Source of the DNA: Candidatus Muiribacterium halophilum
GTDB lineage: Bacteria > Muiribacteriota > Muiribacteriia > Muiribacteriales > Muiribacteriaceae
Direction: 5' to 3'
DNA length: 64,000 nt
NCBI GenBank assembly: GCA_002869225.1
Contig: PKTG01000064.1
Location: 5,097 to 69,096, forward strand
Positions 63,998 through 64,000 of the stretch are shown one piece after another; positions within the stretch are counted from its first letter, which is position 1, and each line of letters opens with the position of its first letter. Below the pieces are notes generated by a model. That model made no database searches and was not told the origin of the DNA. It saw only the letters and a list, made by a program, of their open reading frames with translations. The translations under genes were made by a program, and so were the position numbers.

Positions 63998-64000
63998 TAA

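Overview
All calls below come from reading the ORF translations and the DNA by eye; no database search, folding or statistics were run.

This is an AT-rich bacterial chromosomal segment, roughly one-third G+C by eye. It is densely coded, with about 50 genes. All but four are on the minus strand, often with 1-30 nt overlaps.

Four blocks, left to right:
- **1-2.6 kb:** a small cassette of DUF4126, a Zn-ribbon protein, YqaA and a SAM methyltransferase, bracketed by unusual non-coding repeats.
- **2.6-19.8 kb:** a surface-protein operon. It holds two paralogous giant proteins of about 2,700-2,800 codons, with a lipoprotein gene between them. Each has roughly nine ~150-160-aa repeat modules and a T9SS/FlgD-Ig-type C-terminal sorting domain. 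One has an M6 (immune-inhibitor-A-like) metalloprotease head. The other is interrupted by two in-frame stop codons.
- **19.9-43.5 kb:** mixed regulatory and housekeeping genes. These are a cNMP-binding/TPR protein, ferredoxins, a catalytically degenerate RAYT-like Y1 transposase homologue, a HAMP/degenerate-GGDEF protein with a 20 x 15-bp repeat, murC, trpS, cobO and an NYN protein. A tight GH57-HPr-EI-HEAT-HEAT-phosphatase operon, an Asn-synthase-like protein, AIM24 and a CBM48-phosphoesterase follow.
- **43.8-56.2 kb, then 57.8-64 kb:** a Bacillus/spirochaete-style flagellar cluster (fliK, flgD, a TIGR02530-type gene, flgE, flbD, motA, motB, fliL, fliM, fliY, plus a YjfB-like gene). Here motB is split by an in-frame TAA. 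After it come GT9, thrC, nadK, tlyA, dxs and ispF.

Most unusual signals:
- Three in-frame nonsense codons sit at conserved positions of otherwise intact genes.
- A dispersed family of in-phase 7-nt (and 8-nt) degenerate tandem arrays occurs in at least seven intergenic sites.
- Two colinear ~160-bp elements are closed by 11-13-bp terminal inverted repeats, each starting a few nt after a minus-strand stop codon.
- A tract of nine consecutive mini-hairpins lies at the left edge.

No rRNA gene, tRNA gene, CRISPR array, integrase or prophage was recognised. The lineage cannot be fixed from the sequence. T9SS-type tails suggest the FCB group or related candidate phyla, while the flagellar gene order resembles Firmicutes, Spirochaetes and Thermotogae.
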